64,000 nucleotides of DNA, from contig JARFYF010000007.1 in assembly GCA_030265395.1 (NCBI GenBank), forward strand, positions 62,637,767 to 62,701,766, given 5' to 3'. Positions within the stretch are counted from its first letter, which is position 1; the number at the start of each line of letters is the position of its first letter. This DNA comes from Rhina ancylostomus (Eukaryota). The position numbers and the translations under genes are program-made. Below are positions 37,806 through 51,115 of the stretch, piece after piece. The notes under the pieces were generated by a model. It did not search any database, was not told where the DNA came from, and worked only from the letters and a program-made list of their open reading frames with translations.

Positions 37806-38349
37806 NNNNNNNNNNNNNNNNNNNNNNNNNNNNNNNNNNNNNNNNNNNNNNNNNNNNNNNNNNNNNNNNNNNNNNNNNNNNNNNNNNNNNNNNNNNNNNN
37901 NNNNNGTCCTGAGGAAGTATCCTGACTCCAGTCTTGTACCAGTATGCTGCATTTGGGTTCTCTGTGAGCTTGCTCTTTGCTCTACATTGTAATGCATCTT
38001 TCCTGAAATTTTAATTCTCAGTTCAGAAATTATCAAAGAACAGAAACTGAAATCTCATCCAGGATTAGAGTAAAAATAGAATTTCAAAAGTTGGATCAAA
38101 TTTGTTCCAGTGCCTCATCATACAGGTTCCTAGTTTCTACACTTTCCATTTGTATTTAAATGAGAGAAAATGCAGGAGTGCATTCAGAAGTTTGTTGCAA
38201 ATATTGAACAGTAAATAGCAAGCTTCCTTGCATGTTACATTTTAGGAGGTAAATATCATCTTGCCCCTGCAGAGAGGGTGAGAAAACTTGGACAACCAAC
38301 TAAGCAATGGCATGTGACTTTGCTGGAAATGTTAAAGACTCAATGTTCC

Positions 38350-38745
38350 TGAATGTTAGTAAAAGAGGATGAAGGGAAACCTGATAGACGTGTGTGAAAT
38401 CATAAGAGGCATAGATAGGGTAGATGGTCAGAATCGTTTTCCCATGGTAGGGTATCAAAAACAAGAGGAAAGGTTTAAGGTGATAGGAAGGAGTTTTCAA
38501 GAAGATATGAGGGCAAAGATTTTTTACACAAAGGGTGGTTAATATGAGAAATGCACTGGCCAAAAAGGTAGTTGAACCTGTTACAATCACCACATTTAAG
38601 AGACATTTAGATAGACACAAATAGGCAAGGCATAGGAGGATATGGTTCTCATGCAGGCAAATTGAATTAGTGAAGACAGGCAAAAAGTCAGCATAGACAT
38701 GGTGACCATAGGTCTATTTCAGTGCTGTTCAGCTCCATGACTCTG
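38350..38745 (+). mobile_element. CR1 LINE 3' end
   Basis: GAGGCATAGATAGGGTAGATGGTCAGAATC..TTTTTACACAAAGGGTGGT..CACATTTAAGAGACATTTAGATAGACAC..CTCCATGACTCTGTGA. Confidence 0.8.
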
Positions 38746-39236
38746 TGAAATGGGAATAGGCCATTCAGCCCTTTGTGTTGACTACACCAATCAATAAGGT
38801 AACTCCATATCCTGTCATTCTCTTAATATTTAAAAATCTATCAACAGGCTCTTTTGTACATACTCAGCGGCTGAGCCTTTCAGGTTGTAAATTCCAAAAA
38901 TTCACCTCTTCTGGATGGAGAAATTTCTTCTCATGGCTGCACTGAATGGCTTTGAGAGTGTAACCCCATCCCTTTACCTCCACAAGTGTTGTCTGACCCG
39001 CTGAGTTACTCCAGCAGTTTGTATCCAGTTTGTATCAACAGTATCCAGTTCTGCTTCATATTCCAGCATCTGCAGTCTCTTCTGTCTCCTATCTAATCAG
39101 CATTTACTGTCAAGGCCCTTAGGAATTTTATATATTTAACAAGATCTGCATATCATTTGTAAATCTAAATGAAAGTTCTACATCATCATATCTTTTATCC
39201 AAATGACATTTTACATTTCAAACATAAATGCATCTT

Positions 39237-39944
39237 TGTAGTGACCCGGGTTCGCGGGCCTCAAATCACCAGCAAGACTTTGACGTCACATCTGTTGCAA
39301 GGCCCCTCGGGTACTTTTACGTGCGCACATGCAGCTTTCAGATCATTCAGTAAAGTGTGTTTCCACTGAGCATCCACGACTTCGAGTCTTCCTTTACTGA
39401 ACGGCTACATCGGTGACCCCAACGCTTCCAGATGGCATCTGGGGTCGACGACATGNNNNNNNNNNNNNNNNNNNNNNNNNNNNNNNNNNNNNNNNNNNNN
39501 NNNNNNNNNNNNNNNNNNNNNNNNNNNNNNNNNNNNNNNNNNNNNNNNNNNNNNNCACAGTCGACTGCCTCAAACCGGCACATGTGGATATTGAACAGCC
39601 AGTGCAGACGCCTGCTCCCCACCAGTGAGGCAGGCCGCCCGAAAGAGACACACAGCCTAGGGTTTCTACGCCCCCGATGGGCACTTCTGGGGGAAGTGGT
39701 GTAGCAACCCGGGTTCGTGGGCATCGAACCGTCATCGGTGGCCATGGACAGTCACGCAGGAGCGCATTGCGAGCAGTGCGCGGGGCGGGCCTTCTGGCAA
39801 GACTTTGATGTCACATCCGTAGCAAGGCCCCTCGGGTATTTTTACACGCACGCACAGCTTTCAAATCATTCAGTAAAGTGTGCTTCCACTGAGCATCCAC
39901 AACTCTGAGTCTTCCTTTACTGACCCGCGCTGTGAACAGCTACA
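39237..39944 (+). mobile_element. Young Ty3/Gypsy LTR retrotransposon with interior collapsed in a gap
   Basis: 5' LTR TGTAG...CTACA 39237-39409; PBS CGGTGACCCCAACG (tRNA-Trp-like TGGTGACCCCGACG); integrase end TVDCLKPAHVDIEQPV; PPT GGGGGAAGTGG; 3' LTR 39700-39944; CpG-rich. Confidence 0.9.
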
Positions 39945-40449
39945 CGGTAGTGTTTCCTCTCTTTGAAAATAAGTGTTTGGTTACTCATTGTGCGTCTACA
40001 CAGTCATTAGGAGTTGTTGACTAGTTTCCTTTATTGTTTCAATCTTAGCTGTGGATTTATTTCTGATATATCAGCTCACTGATACATAGAAGTCACTACC
40101 TCTTGGCTTAACTCATAACTATTCTGTGACATTTCAACAATAGTTGATTCTATGTCAACATCAGAGATAGATTCATCATTCTTCACTTCAGTAACTTTAA
40201 ATATGTGATTATCTAATCAACAAGGACATTTCTGTCCTTACTTCCACTGTGTCCTCAATACCCTTCTCAGATTGTCATTGTCATGGAATCAAGGAAACAG
40301 GCCATTCAGCCCACTAGATCTATACTGACCACCAATCACCCATTTACACTAATCCAACACTAATCTCATTTTATTCTCATCAACTCCTCACAGATTCTAT
40401 CATACACCTACACATCAGGGGTGACACTTTACAGCACTTAAACATGGAT

Positions 40450-40730
40450 TTAGTCAATGATTCATCTTTTAGCACATGAGAGGTCTGTTCAAGAGTCTGA
40501 TAACAGTGGGATCGAAGCTGTCCTTGAGTCTGGTGGTTCATGCTCTCAGTCTTTTCTATATTCTGCCCGACGGGAGAGGGGAGAAGAGAGAATGACGGGG
40601 ATGGGAAGGGTCCTTGGTACTTTATCTGCTCTCCTAAGGCAGAAGGTTGGTTTGCGTGATGGAACTGGTCTGCTTTCACAACTCTGCAATTTCTTCCAGT
40701 CTTGGGCAGAGCAGTTGCCATACCACTAAA
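40450..40730 (-). mobile_element. Rex1/Babar-like LINE 3' fragment
   Basis: Similar to 19150-19390 (CTGCCCGACGGGAGAGGGGAGAAGAGAGAATG) and to 49750-49910 reversed. Confidence 0.75.
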
Positions 40731-40769
40731 ACAGACCATACATTGCATTTGCTCAAAAACTTTCAAAAT

Positions 40770-41150
40770 TTTTCTTAAGTAAGTCTTGTTCCTCACCTAG
40801 GATAGGTGATTGAACTGCCTGTCATGGGTATCCTTCGCCATAATGGAATAATCTGCAGCTGTGTCGATCTGCAACACTAATGACTTGTCATTAATGAAGA
40901 CTATGACCTTAAAGTTCTGATGTCTTCCACCATGGTTGCTTGTAGTGTAAATGTTACACAAATATTCTGTGTCATCAGAAACAGTTGTAATTGTGCAGAT
41001 CTCATCATTGTGCCTTATTGTGAGGAAACTGTTTTCTCTAAACTGGTGTTGTATTACAAAATGTGCTTCATGTTTAGCTTTGCATCCTCATGTGAGTTGC
41101 AATATGGCCACTCTCATCTGGGAAAGCTCTATGTGGATGGAACTTTCATG
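40770..41150 (-). mobile_element. Ty3/Gypsy gag zinc-knuckle remnant + aspartic protease
   Basis: SGHIATH (CCHC remnant), then FKVIVFINDKSLVLQIDTAADYSIMAKDTHDRQF with a D-T-(G/A)-A active-site motif. Confidence 0.75.
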
Positions 41151-41344
41151 TATTTATTAAACTTATATATTTCAAACCAAGTGAAAAATAATAAACTTTG
41201 TAACAGATTATTATAATTTATTTCCACTAGGAAATACATATCTTTTAAAATATTCAGAAGAGAGTCTATATTTTGGACCAGATCCTTCATTAGATTATTT
41301 TATGTTAACATCACACTTTAATTTATGTTCTTTACCTCCTATGG

Positions 41345-41635
41345 GAGTGGTACTGCGACACAGCTAATAGGTCTGTTGCCTCACAGCTGTCTGTGTAAAG
41401 TTCAGACACTCTCCCAGTGACTGATAGAGTTTCTTTGGGTACACTGGTTTCCTCCCACATCTCGAAAGCAAGTAGGTGGCAAAATTGTCTCATGTAAATT
41501 GGCTGAGTGTTGAGGTGAATTATAGAATCTAGGGAAGTTTGAGGGTATTGCGAGTATTGTAAAATGGGACTACCATATGGTTAATGTAAATGGGTGCTTG
41601 GTGGTCTGTGCAGACTCAGTGAGTCAAAGGGCCTG
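41345..41635 (+). mobile_element. HE1-like SINE, decayed
   Basis: CTGTTGCCTCACAGC..GTCTGTGT.AAGTT..CTGGTTTCCTCCCACATCTCGAAAG..GACTCAGTGAGTCAAAGGGCCTG. Confidence 0.7.
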
Positions 41636-41647
41636 CTGCAAAAGGGT

Positions 41648-42305
41648 TAGAACCACAGAACAATACAGCACAAAACAGGCCCTTCAGCCCACCATGTTGT
41701 ACTAACCTTCAAACCACACCTGAAACTATCTAACCCCTTCCTCCCACATATCCCTCTATCTTAAATCCCTCCAAATGCTTATCTAACAATCTTTTGAACT
41801 TGACCAACGTATCTGCCTCCACCACCACCCCAGGCAGCGCATTCCAAGCACCAACCACTCTCTGGGTGAAAAACTTCCCTCTGACATCCCTTGAACTTCC
41901 CACCCATTACCTTAAAGCCATGCCCTCTNNNNNNNNNNNNNNNNNNNNNNNNNNNNNNNNNNNNNNNNNNNNNNNNNNNNNNNNNNNNNNNNNNNNNNNN
42001 NNNNNNNNNNNNNNNNNNNNNNNNNNNNAGGGGACAACATTCGCCACCCTCCAATCCTCCGGCACCATCCCCGTGGACAACGAGGACTCAAAGATCCTAA
42101 CCAACGGTTCAGCAATCTCCTCCCTCGCCTCACGAAGCAGCCTGGGGAATATTCCGTCAGGGCCCGGGGACTTATCTGTTCTAATATTTTCTAAGAGCTC
42201 CAACATACCCTCTCTCTTGATATCTACATACTCTAGAACATTACCCTTACCAATACTGTCCTCAGCATTATCAAGACCCCTCTCCTTGGTGAATACTGAG
42301 CAAAA
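41648..42305 (-). mobile_element. Young CR1 LINE ORF2 with gap
   Basis: LELLENIRTDKSPGPDGIFPRLLREAREEIAEPLVRIFESSLSTGMVPEDWRVANVVP; RGHGFKVMGGKFKG; same family as 18700-19143. Confidence 0.92.
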
Positions 42306-42842
42306 ATTTACTGGTTAGATGGGCCAAAAGGTTAGCATGGGCCTGGTGGGCTGAAGGGCCTGTTTCTGTGCTATACAACTCTATGTCTCTATGGACATAT
42401 CCAAGCAAGGTCGTATTGAGGGTGAATGCATAGAGTGTATTCAGGATGAAATGGTTGAGCAATAGTTTGGGGACCCAACTGGAGTTTACTTTATAGAAAA
42501 TCATTAAAAAAAACTGCAGATGCTGGGAATCTGAAAACAGAAAGTGCTGGAAACAGTCGGCATGTCAGGCAGCATCTGTGGAAAGAGAAGCAGTTAATGT
42601 GTTAGTTCTGGAACTCGTTGAACTGGGAAAGAAAGGCAAACAAGTTAGTTTTCAGTAGGATTTGCAGCAGCCTGGGGCACCAAGCCAAGACCTCATTGAG
42701 GGATCTAGCACAGACATGTTCTTCCCCTTCTGTCAATAAGGGGCGACCTTCCAGGAACACAGCAGCAACAATGAAGAGTACACCACAAAGTAAGGCCATA
42801 TAGAAGGCAAGCACAATGGAGAAACACAACACTCGTTTATGT

Positions 42843-43110
42843 GTAGAAACAAGAGATTCTGCGGATGCTGTAGTCTGGAGCAACACATATAAAATGCTGG
42901 AAGAACTCAGCAGGTCAGGCAGCATCTATGGAGGGAAATAAACAGTCGACATCTTGGGTCGAGACTCTTCATCAGGACTGGAAAAGAAGAGGGAAGAAGC
43001 CATAATAAAAAAGGTAGTGGAAGGGAGAGGAGCACAAGCTGGCAGGCGATAGGTGAATCCAGGTGAGAAGGTGAAGGTAAATGGGTGGAGGAGGAGGGAT
43101 GAAAGGGAAT
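42843..43110 (-). mobile_element. Penelope-like 3' region with hammerhead remnant
   Basis: Reverse strand reads CAGTC-CTGATGA-AGAGTCTCGACCC-AAGA-TGTC-GACTG, then GATGCTGCCTGACCTGCTGAGTTCTTCCAGC. Confidence 0.8.
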
Positions 43111-44169
43111 GGTGTAGAAGGAAGTGATGTAAAAAGGGAATGATGAATGACGTGGATTGGTTTAGATGTTAATAGCAGTTAAACACATGGCTTGTCACCA
43201 TTTGTTTCTAAATCTCCCATAAGTATTGCAATCTTCATTTGTGTGGCTGCCAGAACATCATTGTCACATTTCCCAGTATAATATTGTGCTGTTTCAGTTT
43301 CAGTGTTCACTAGTCTATTGCAGGATCTTGAAGCTCAGGGTGCTTTGATTCATAGCTGTGTCCTTGGCTGTGAATGGACAGTGCTGCTGTTTTAAACACT
43401 GATACTGCAATTTAGGGAGGAGGAGCACAAGATATTGGAGGAATCTGGACAGGATGACAAAGAATAGTACGCACAGCAGACATTTTTTTTGTAAAATGAG
43501 ACCCTCCAGGCACTTGTGGCAGGAGGTTTCCAGGAGAGAATCACCAAGGAATAAAACTCCATAGGTGCGATCTATGAATGCCTACTCCTTCATGGTGACA
43601 AATTCCCATGCTTGCCCATTCACAAGCTGAAGAAAAAGTATATAAAGTGCTGGAGTATGCAGCTTGGGTGTTCTTCCTACAGGAGGAGCAGCAGCAAACT
43701 GTTTGATGTGGCATGGATCAGTGGCAGCAGCCAGGAATGATCCTGAGGCTACAAAGCGGAAAGTGACTTTGATAGCCTCTGTAGGCAAAGCCATTCAACC
43801 TGATATGTGAGGCTGCATTTGAGATCAAAGGAATTCACGGATCTCAGATAGGACAAAAATGCAGTTTAAGCATTGATCCTTTAAGCCACTGAGTTTAAGG
43901 GAAAGTAAGCTGCCATTTTGCAATAAATAAGAACTGTCATCTTTCAGACCATTGGGGTTGAATATCATGAAGTACACTTTTGCTGACATTGTTAGAGAAA
44001 GTTTAATTCAAGCAAAAATTTTCCAGAGCTAATGAAAATCATGCAAGAAAGTCAGAGTTTGAATTTCTCCTTGAGTGCCAAGAGGCCTGGAAATAGATGT
44101 AATATTGCTGTGCTCCAGGTCAAGCCTATCCTCAGCCAGGGGGCACTGAGTTATTTTGGAGTTGTTAAG

Positions 44170-44335
44170 GGAAAGATAAGACAAGATCACTTTATTAGTC
44201 ACATGTACATCAAAAGCACACATGCATCTTTTTGCATAGTGTTCTGGGGGCAGCCCTCAAATGTTGACATGTTTCTGGCGCCAATATAGCATGCCCAAAA
44301 CTTCCTAAACCGTATGTCTTTAGAATGTCTTTGGA
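44170..44335 (-). mobile_element. SINE 3' fragment, same family as 2345-2640
   Basis: AGTCACATGTACATC.AAA..ATGCATCTTTT.GC..AGTGTTCTGGGGGCAG..ACTTCCTAA.CCGTA. Confidence 0.8.
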
Positions 44336-47300
44336 ATGGAATTCTTAGGCTTAAGATTTTTCAAAGCAAATTATCAATTGTTTATTATCATAAATATGAC
44401 TGGGTTGGAAACCAGTTTACTATGTATACAATGAGAAACATTTATTATCAATTTGTTCAAGTTATCCTGAAGCAGAGTGCAATAATATTGAGGTTTGTAA
44501 GTTAGATTTGACTTTTTAAGGGGAATACAGCACTTGTTTGAGGGAATTCCTTGTGAAATGAAGAAATTGCACAGAGCAGTGAGTGCCATGCTAAACAATG
44601 AGGAAATATTGGATTGTACANNNNNNNNNNNNNNNNNNNNNNNNNNNNNNNNNNNNNNNNNNNNNNNNNNNNNNNNNNNNNNNNNNNNNNNNNNNNNNNN
44701 NNNNNNNNNNNNNNNNNNNNCCTTGCAGCATGGAGAAAGATCATCATACATCATGCCTTCATCAAAATACAAGACTTTCAGACTATGGCTCAGCTCTGAA
44801 GGTAGCTCTGTGGTTGGTGTCTCCTCAGTGCCACTAGCTGAGAGGATACACAGTTCTTGCCAATGAATGAGGATGCAGAAGATTAATTACAGTCACAGGG
44901 TATACACAAATCCTGCTCCTTGATCTCTATCTCTGAAGAACATTGAGACTTACATCAGGAATGTTCTTGCACAGTTTACACAACAGGAATCTAAAATTGT
45001 CATGATAAAACAGTCTCAGTTCTCATTAATACAGAAGCAAAACTCATTGAAACTTGACCTTGCCACTCCATTCTTATAGAATAAATCCATGTCATGGTGT
45101 CTCACATCCTGTTTGTAGATTCCATACAATTGGAACATTATATTTACCAAAGCTTTAGAGTAAATGATCCATGAAATATCACAAGAGATTTGAGTCTCAA
45201 TGCTGCTTTATAATCATGGGCTTTTCAATAAAGGAATGGTCAAGAACTTGCAAATCAGTGACAGTTGTGTCTCTAAATGAGTTACTCTTTTGAGAGATCA
45301 CCTTTAAATACAGCCTTAATGAACTCTAAATTCTCTTGGCTAATTCTGAGCATAATACTTCTGCATCTGGATATCAGTTGCAAGAACTCAATTCTGATGA
45401 AAGATAATCAACATGAAACATATGGTCTGGTTCTCCCTCCACAGATGCTACACCTTTACTTCCAGCATTCATGGTATTTTTCTTTAAGATAAACCTTGTG
45501 TTCAGATAATGAGCCCTCCTGCAAAGTTATGTAGATCTTTCATAAGTGAATGCTTGTGTGATCCACTTGAGGTGAATGGAAGAACGTTATTGATTCTTTG
45601 TGATCTGTGAAAGACTAGTTAACATGGTTGTTATGGTATTTGTGTAAAATTAGTTCAGCAATGGTAAATTTCTGTGGATGGGTTAGAAACCACTTTACAT
45701 TGTATGGCATGAGAATCAGTGGGTATCATATGTGCCCTGACAGAATATGCAGATAGGGCCTGCCTTCTGCACTCCCTGTCATTCTGATCTTCTCCTGGTA
45801 CATGGTAAAGGGTGTTGTTATTGGTGCCCCAGCTTCCTCCAACTCTTCTTCCTCCTCCCGTTTTCATTTATTTCCTGCTGCAATTCATTTTGCTGAGGCC
45901 CTTCGGTGAGGACTCTACTCAATATTCTGCAATGTTGCAACAGGCACATTTTGGAATGACGTCAATGAATTTCATTCCATCATACAGAAAAATGGGAGTT
46001 CAAGTGAGATGCCATCACCAGGTGTGCATCCATCTCCAGAAACACATAACCCGCGCAAGTACAACTCATTTCAAGGAACGCCTGGTCAAAGAGTGACACG
46101 AAATGATGAGGAGAAGGTCGCCATCCTGTTCATTCAAGGATAAGTAAATTTTCAATTGCAAATTGCAGACATTAACACTGCCTTGCAATCTAATTTCTAG
46201 GCCTTGCCCTTCCCATAGAAGAAAATTTCTGCTGTAGCTACTAATACATCAACATGCTCTTGAGGTAACATCATGCTGAAATGTCAATAAACAAACCTCT
46301 AATCACTAAATAAAACAACACATACTGACTGATATGGAACAGGGTTTAGTGTTCACTGGTCCAATATTTTATTTTCCACAGATGCTTAAGGTGAAATAAT
46401 TTCAGTGTACATAGCAATTTAAATAAATATCCTCAAAAAATAAGTGTTTAAGAGCTTTTTGGAAAACCATTGCTTGCGGACATTTACATTCAACATAGAC
46501 TCCAGCCAGCAATAGCAGTCACCATGGTCACATAGATGACCCATCAAAGAACATTCAGCTTCTGCAGCTATGCCCTTTATCTGACAGCAAAGATAAATCA
46601 CTGTAATCCTGCAGGGAAGCATGCACAGAAATTCCCTAATTATCAGTCTGTTCTGTTTGGCTAATGGAATGTAGAGAGCTGCATTATTTTTTTCTGCTGC
46701 CACCTACAACGGACAGTTATGCCTATAAATGTAAGTATGCTCCTACCTTGTATTCAGGGCCTATTAATCCTCAACCTTCCTTTCAAGAGATTTTTTTCCC
46801 TCTGAGAAGATAAGCAGATCTGTCAAAGTAAACAGCTTTAACACTTTTTCTCCTTAAAACTTATATCTTATCAGCCAAACACAAGCATGCTGAAAAGGCC
46901 TGCATTCAGAAGGACCACCAGTGTATGAAGTGCCACACAATTTCCACATAATCTGTTTATTTAATTCTGGTGGCAATTTAATTGAGCAACTTAAGGTGAG
47001 GCTGCCACATGAAAATGTAACAGGTTTTCCATTTCCTTCATCCAGTTTCANNNNNNNNNNNNNNNNNNNNNNNNNNNNNNNNNNNNNNNNNNNNNNNNNN
47101 NNNNNNNNNNNNNNNNNNNNNNNNNNNNNNNNNNNNNNNNNNNNNNNNNNTTTCAGCATTACTCTTGTTAAATGTAATCAAGGTTTTTCACAGGGTAAAG
47201 CTTTTTGCTACATTAGCAATGTGCTTTGAACCTTAATGTTATATGTTTATTCTCCCTTCCATGCAAATACCATTCTATTGAAGATTGTGAACATTTGGCA

Positions 47301-48059
47301 ACTTTAAAACCAGTGGTAGGGCAAAGGGCTCAACAGTTTTGATTGTCCACTTTGGGAGCAAATTAATTTCTAGGTCTGGATTAATGTCAACTGGCCTATG
47401 AATAGACTTAGCACTCAGATCTTAATTAATGCAAAATAATATATGCTTTACGAGCAGTTATTTAAAAAATACATCAAGCTACAACAAACAATGGGAAATA
47501 GAGTGACTGTTTGCAATGTACTAATCCCAGTGGCTCTGTCAAGAATTTATCTCTTTGAGATTTCATGCATGAGGAGAGGGGGTGAAGCCAGAAAATGATT
47601 CTGCTGCCTCCAACTTCAAACACTGAGGTTCACAAGGCTTGAAAGTGAAGAGGTTCAAGAAGTCATGCATGCTTCCAGGAGACTGATGAGATATTTAATA
47701 CTATGAGTGCAAAATATTATGAGGAAACCAGACAGAGCTCAGCGTAGAGTTCAATAACTAGGAGGCATAGATTAAGATAACAGATACAAGGATAAGAGCA
47801 TTTTTGAGGAATTTCCCCCTCTGCCCAAAGGTTAGTAAGAGACAATAACTCTCATCACATTTTAATAGTACCAAGACTGAGCTAGAATTCTCTTTTCCCT
47901 GTCTTGGCTGCAGATCATTCATGCTCTGTGGCTCATCACATTATCTTTCATTTAGGCTACCCTGAATAGTCCAAACTGTGTCCTTGTTGCAGCTAATGTT
48001 AAAAATATCAGATCAAGTGCTGGGACTTTTTTTTATTGCTCTCATGCTATTTATGCATT

Positions 48060-48782
48060 GTCACCTTGTCGACTGAGAATTATGGCCTATCCCCCAGACT
48101 GTCAAAGCCCCAAGTAAACTGTCACAGCCACTTGGCAAAATGCCGAAACTCACAAGCATCAAGAACTCATTTGCCTGGCAGTGAGAGGGGATCTTCCCTG
48201 TTGGATTCTTCTAGCAGAGTCAGAGTCTCACTCCTATCACTCATTGACCTAGAGATGGTTGTGGTGCAGACGAACAACTGTACAGCTCCTCACTGACAGT
48301 GCACTTGCCAAGGTCTCGAAAGAGACGCGATGGTCTTTATCGAGGTTCGCCCTGAGCAGTTGTGATCTATGGGCTATTCCCAGGGATGCATACTGAGATA
48401 AATAAAAACTGATGATGGGAGATCATCAGATGCTTTGGTCTGCTTGAAGCTTGTTGGTCTTTTGGTGTCAGGAGATATCCGCAAGCGAATGCAGCCAATG
48501 GCACAATCCAGAGCGCAGGTGTACATGCTGAGGGATACACAGTTTGGTGCAGCCACCAGAGGGCTTTATTGGGATGGACCACAATCTAGGGTCCTGCCGC
48601 CACTGGACATGGAAGGGCTGGGCCTTGTCTAGTGTGCATTATTTAAGAAGGAAATGTGAGTGTTGTTGATACTTTGTATAGGAATATACTGAACTGATGA
48701 TAAAGTGAATGGAGAGAAAGATGTGTACCAATCACTTTTATTACATATACATTATGAATAAAGTATATTTTTGAAATAAAAA
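48060..48782 (+). mobile_element. Tx1/L1-like LINE 3' end
   Basis: Remnants YGLFPGMHTE, DAL.SA*SLLVF, QSRAQVYMLRD..FGAA; ends TATGAATAAAGTATATTTTTGAAATAAAAA (polyA signal plus A-rich tail). Confidence 0.7.
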
Positions 48783-49669
48783 CTCTAATAGAATGAACAT
48801 CAAAAGACATCTTATCACGTTGGTGAAAAAGGAGGTAATCTTAATGGTTTGTATAAACTGAACACATTAAAAAAAGGGTGCAGAACCTTTCCATACATCA
48901 GTATACACTGAAGGAAAGAGGGTATCAATGGAAATTGGTCAGATAGTACAGTGAAGCTCAAAGAATCATTCCCCCTCACAAGGGAAATGAGAACTAGGAT
49001 ATAGAGTTTCAGAATAAGAGATTACCTATTTAAGAGAGAGATGAGGAGAAATTGCTTCTCTGGGAGAGTTGTGAATCTCTGCAATTCACTACGCCATCTT
49101 GGTTAGCATGGACCAGTTGGACTGAAGGACCCGTTTCTGTGCTGTATAACACAGTTCTGTGATCCCAGATAGGCTGTGGAAGGTGAATTGTTGAATATAT
49201 TCAAAACCAAGATAGATTTTGGACATAGGTGATTCAGTGTAAAGGACCATAGACAGGAAAGTGGAGCTGAGACCAAGATCAGAACAACCACAAACTTATG
49301 AATTAGCAAAGCAAACTCAAGGGCTGTTTGGCCTGCTCCTCCTTAAGTCCTAACATGTGAAGTTTGAGTGAGATGTGGTGAGAGTGAAGGAAACCTCACT
49401 TCCAAGGGAAAAATCCATTTTGATAGGGTGGAATTGGCTGTTAAAGACTATGCTAGATTAGGGAGAGATCAACAGTATAAAGAAACTCTTCCAGCTATAC
49501 TTGACAAGTAATTCAAGATGTTTCATATTGAACAGTAGCATTCAAGGAAAGTAAGTCAAGATCCACTTGAAGGAGAATTTAAAAGAATGTTAGACCTCAG
49601 TTCATTAAAGCACAGCCTGCAGTTTACAGTATTAAGGAAAGAATTGGGGAGAACTGAACGAGCAACAGG

Positions 49670-50340
49670 TAACCATGGAGCTCACAGACACAGCTCAATC
49701 CACCATGAAAACCAGATTCCCCTCCGTGGACTTTGTCTAATCTTCTCGCTACCTGAGAAAAGCAGCCAGCATAATCAAAGATCCCTCCCTCCCTCCCTCC
49801 CTCCCAGACATTCTCTCTTCTCCCCCCTTCTATCAGGCAGAAGATACAAAAGCTTGAAAACACCAGGCTCAAGGACAGCTTCTAACCTGCTGTTTTAAAA
49901 CTCTTGAATGGATCTCTTGACTGTTAAAGATTAACTCTTGTCCTCAAATTCTACCTTGTCATGGCCTTGCATATTGTCTACTTGTACTATATTTTCTCTG
50001 TAACTGTAATTGTAACACTACATTGTGCATTCTGTTATTGCTTTTCCCTTGTACTACCTCAGAGTACTTAAATTAATTTTTAAAATATTTTTTAAATTTT
50101 ATTTACAGCGTGGTAACAGGCCCTTCCGGGCCAACGAGTCCACACCGCCCATTTTAAACCCCAAATTAACCTACCCGCGCGTCTTTGGAATGTGGGAGGA
50201 AACCAGAGCATCCGGAGGAAACCCACGCAGACACGGGAGAATGTACAAACTCCTTACAGGCAGCAGCAAGAATGTTTTGAAATGATGCATATGGATGGCA
50301 CTGCATGTGACAATAATAAACCAACACCAATACCAAATAC
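49670..50340 (+). mobile_element. Rex1/Babar-like LINE 3' end with an inserted SINE
   Basis: KAASIIKDP, HSLFSPLLSGRRYKSLK, RLKDSF; tail CATGTGACAATAATAAACCAACACCAATACC. Confidence 0.8.
50095..50275 (-). mobile_element. Young SINE with CR1-like tail (5'-truncated)
   Basis: Reverse complement matches ~50930-51105. Confidence 0.85.
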
Positions 50341-50865
50341 TGTTGAATCAGCTTGGTTATCTGAAAGAAAAAACAGAAAATACTGGAAACACTCAACAGG
50401 TCAGACATCATCTGTGGAAAGAGAAAAAAAAGTTAATATTTCAAGTCAAATTCTCTCCATTTGAACAGATACTGCCTGACTGTACAGTGTTTCCAGTATT
50501 ACCTGCTGTTTCATCAGTTCTCCAAAATTTACATTTTTTTATTTTCATTTCTTATTTGCAACCTTTATTTTGACCAAGATGAGCATGTGACCACATACTT
50601 GCTCCATTAATATGACTGCCTATTTTCATTTCAGTAACATTGTTGGATTCCGGTTCTCCTCAAGCAGTTCCAGATTTGATTATTCCTCTGCTCTCCTGGC
50701 TGGTCACACATCTACACAATGCAAGTGTGTGCTCATCCAAAAAATAAATTGGAATAATCATTATATACACTTAGATTGTGGAATGCATTTAGAAAAGTCA
50801 ATGTAATAACATTTTTGACTGAGGAATCCATGATTTTTTTCTCACCGCTGCCAAGGTGTTTCTTT

Positions 50866-51115
50866 GGGGGTAGCATGGTAGCGTAGCGGTTAGCTGTTAC
50901 AGCGCCAGTGATCGGGGTTTGATACCTGTCGCTGTCTGTAAGGAGCTTGTACGTTCTCCCATGTCTGAATGGGTTTCCTCCAGGTGCTCCGGTTTCCTCC
51001 CACATTCCAAAGACGTACGGGTCGGTTAACATGGGTTTAAAATGGGTGGCGCGGACTTGCTGGGCCGGAAGGGCCTGTTAGCATGCAGTAAATAAAATTT
51101 AATTTAAAATTTAAA
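50866..51115 (+). mobile_element. Young tRNA-derived SINE with CR1-like tail
   Basis: GGTAGCGTAGCGGTTAGC (A box), GGGGTTTGATACC (B box), GGGTTTCCTCCAGGTGCTCCGGTTTCCTCCCACATTCCAAAG, tail TGGGCCGGAAGGGCCTGTT..TAAATAAAATTT. Confidence 0.88.
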
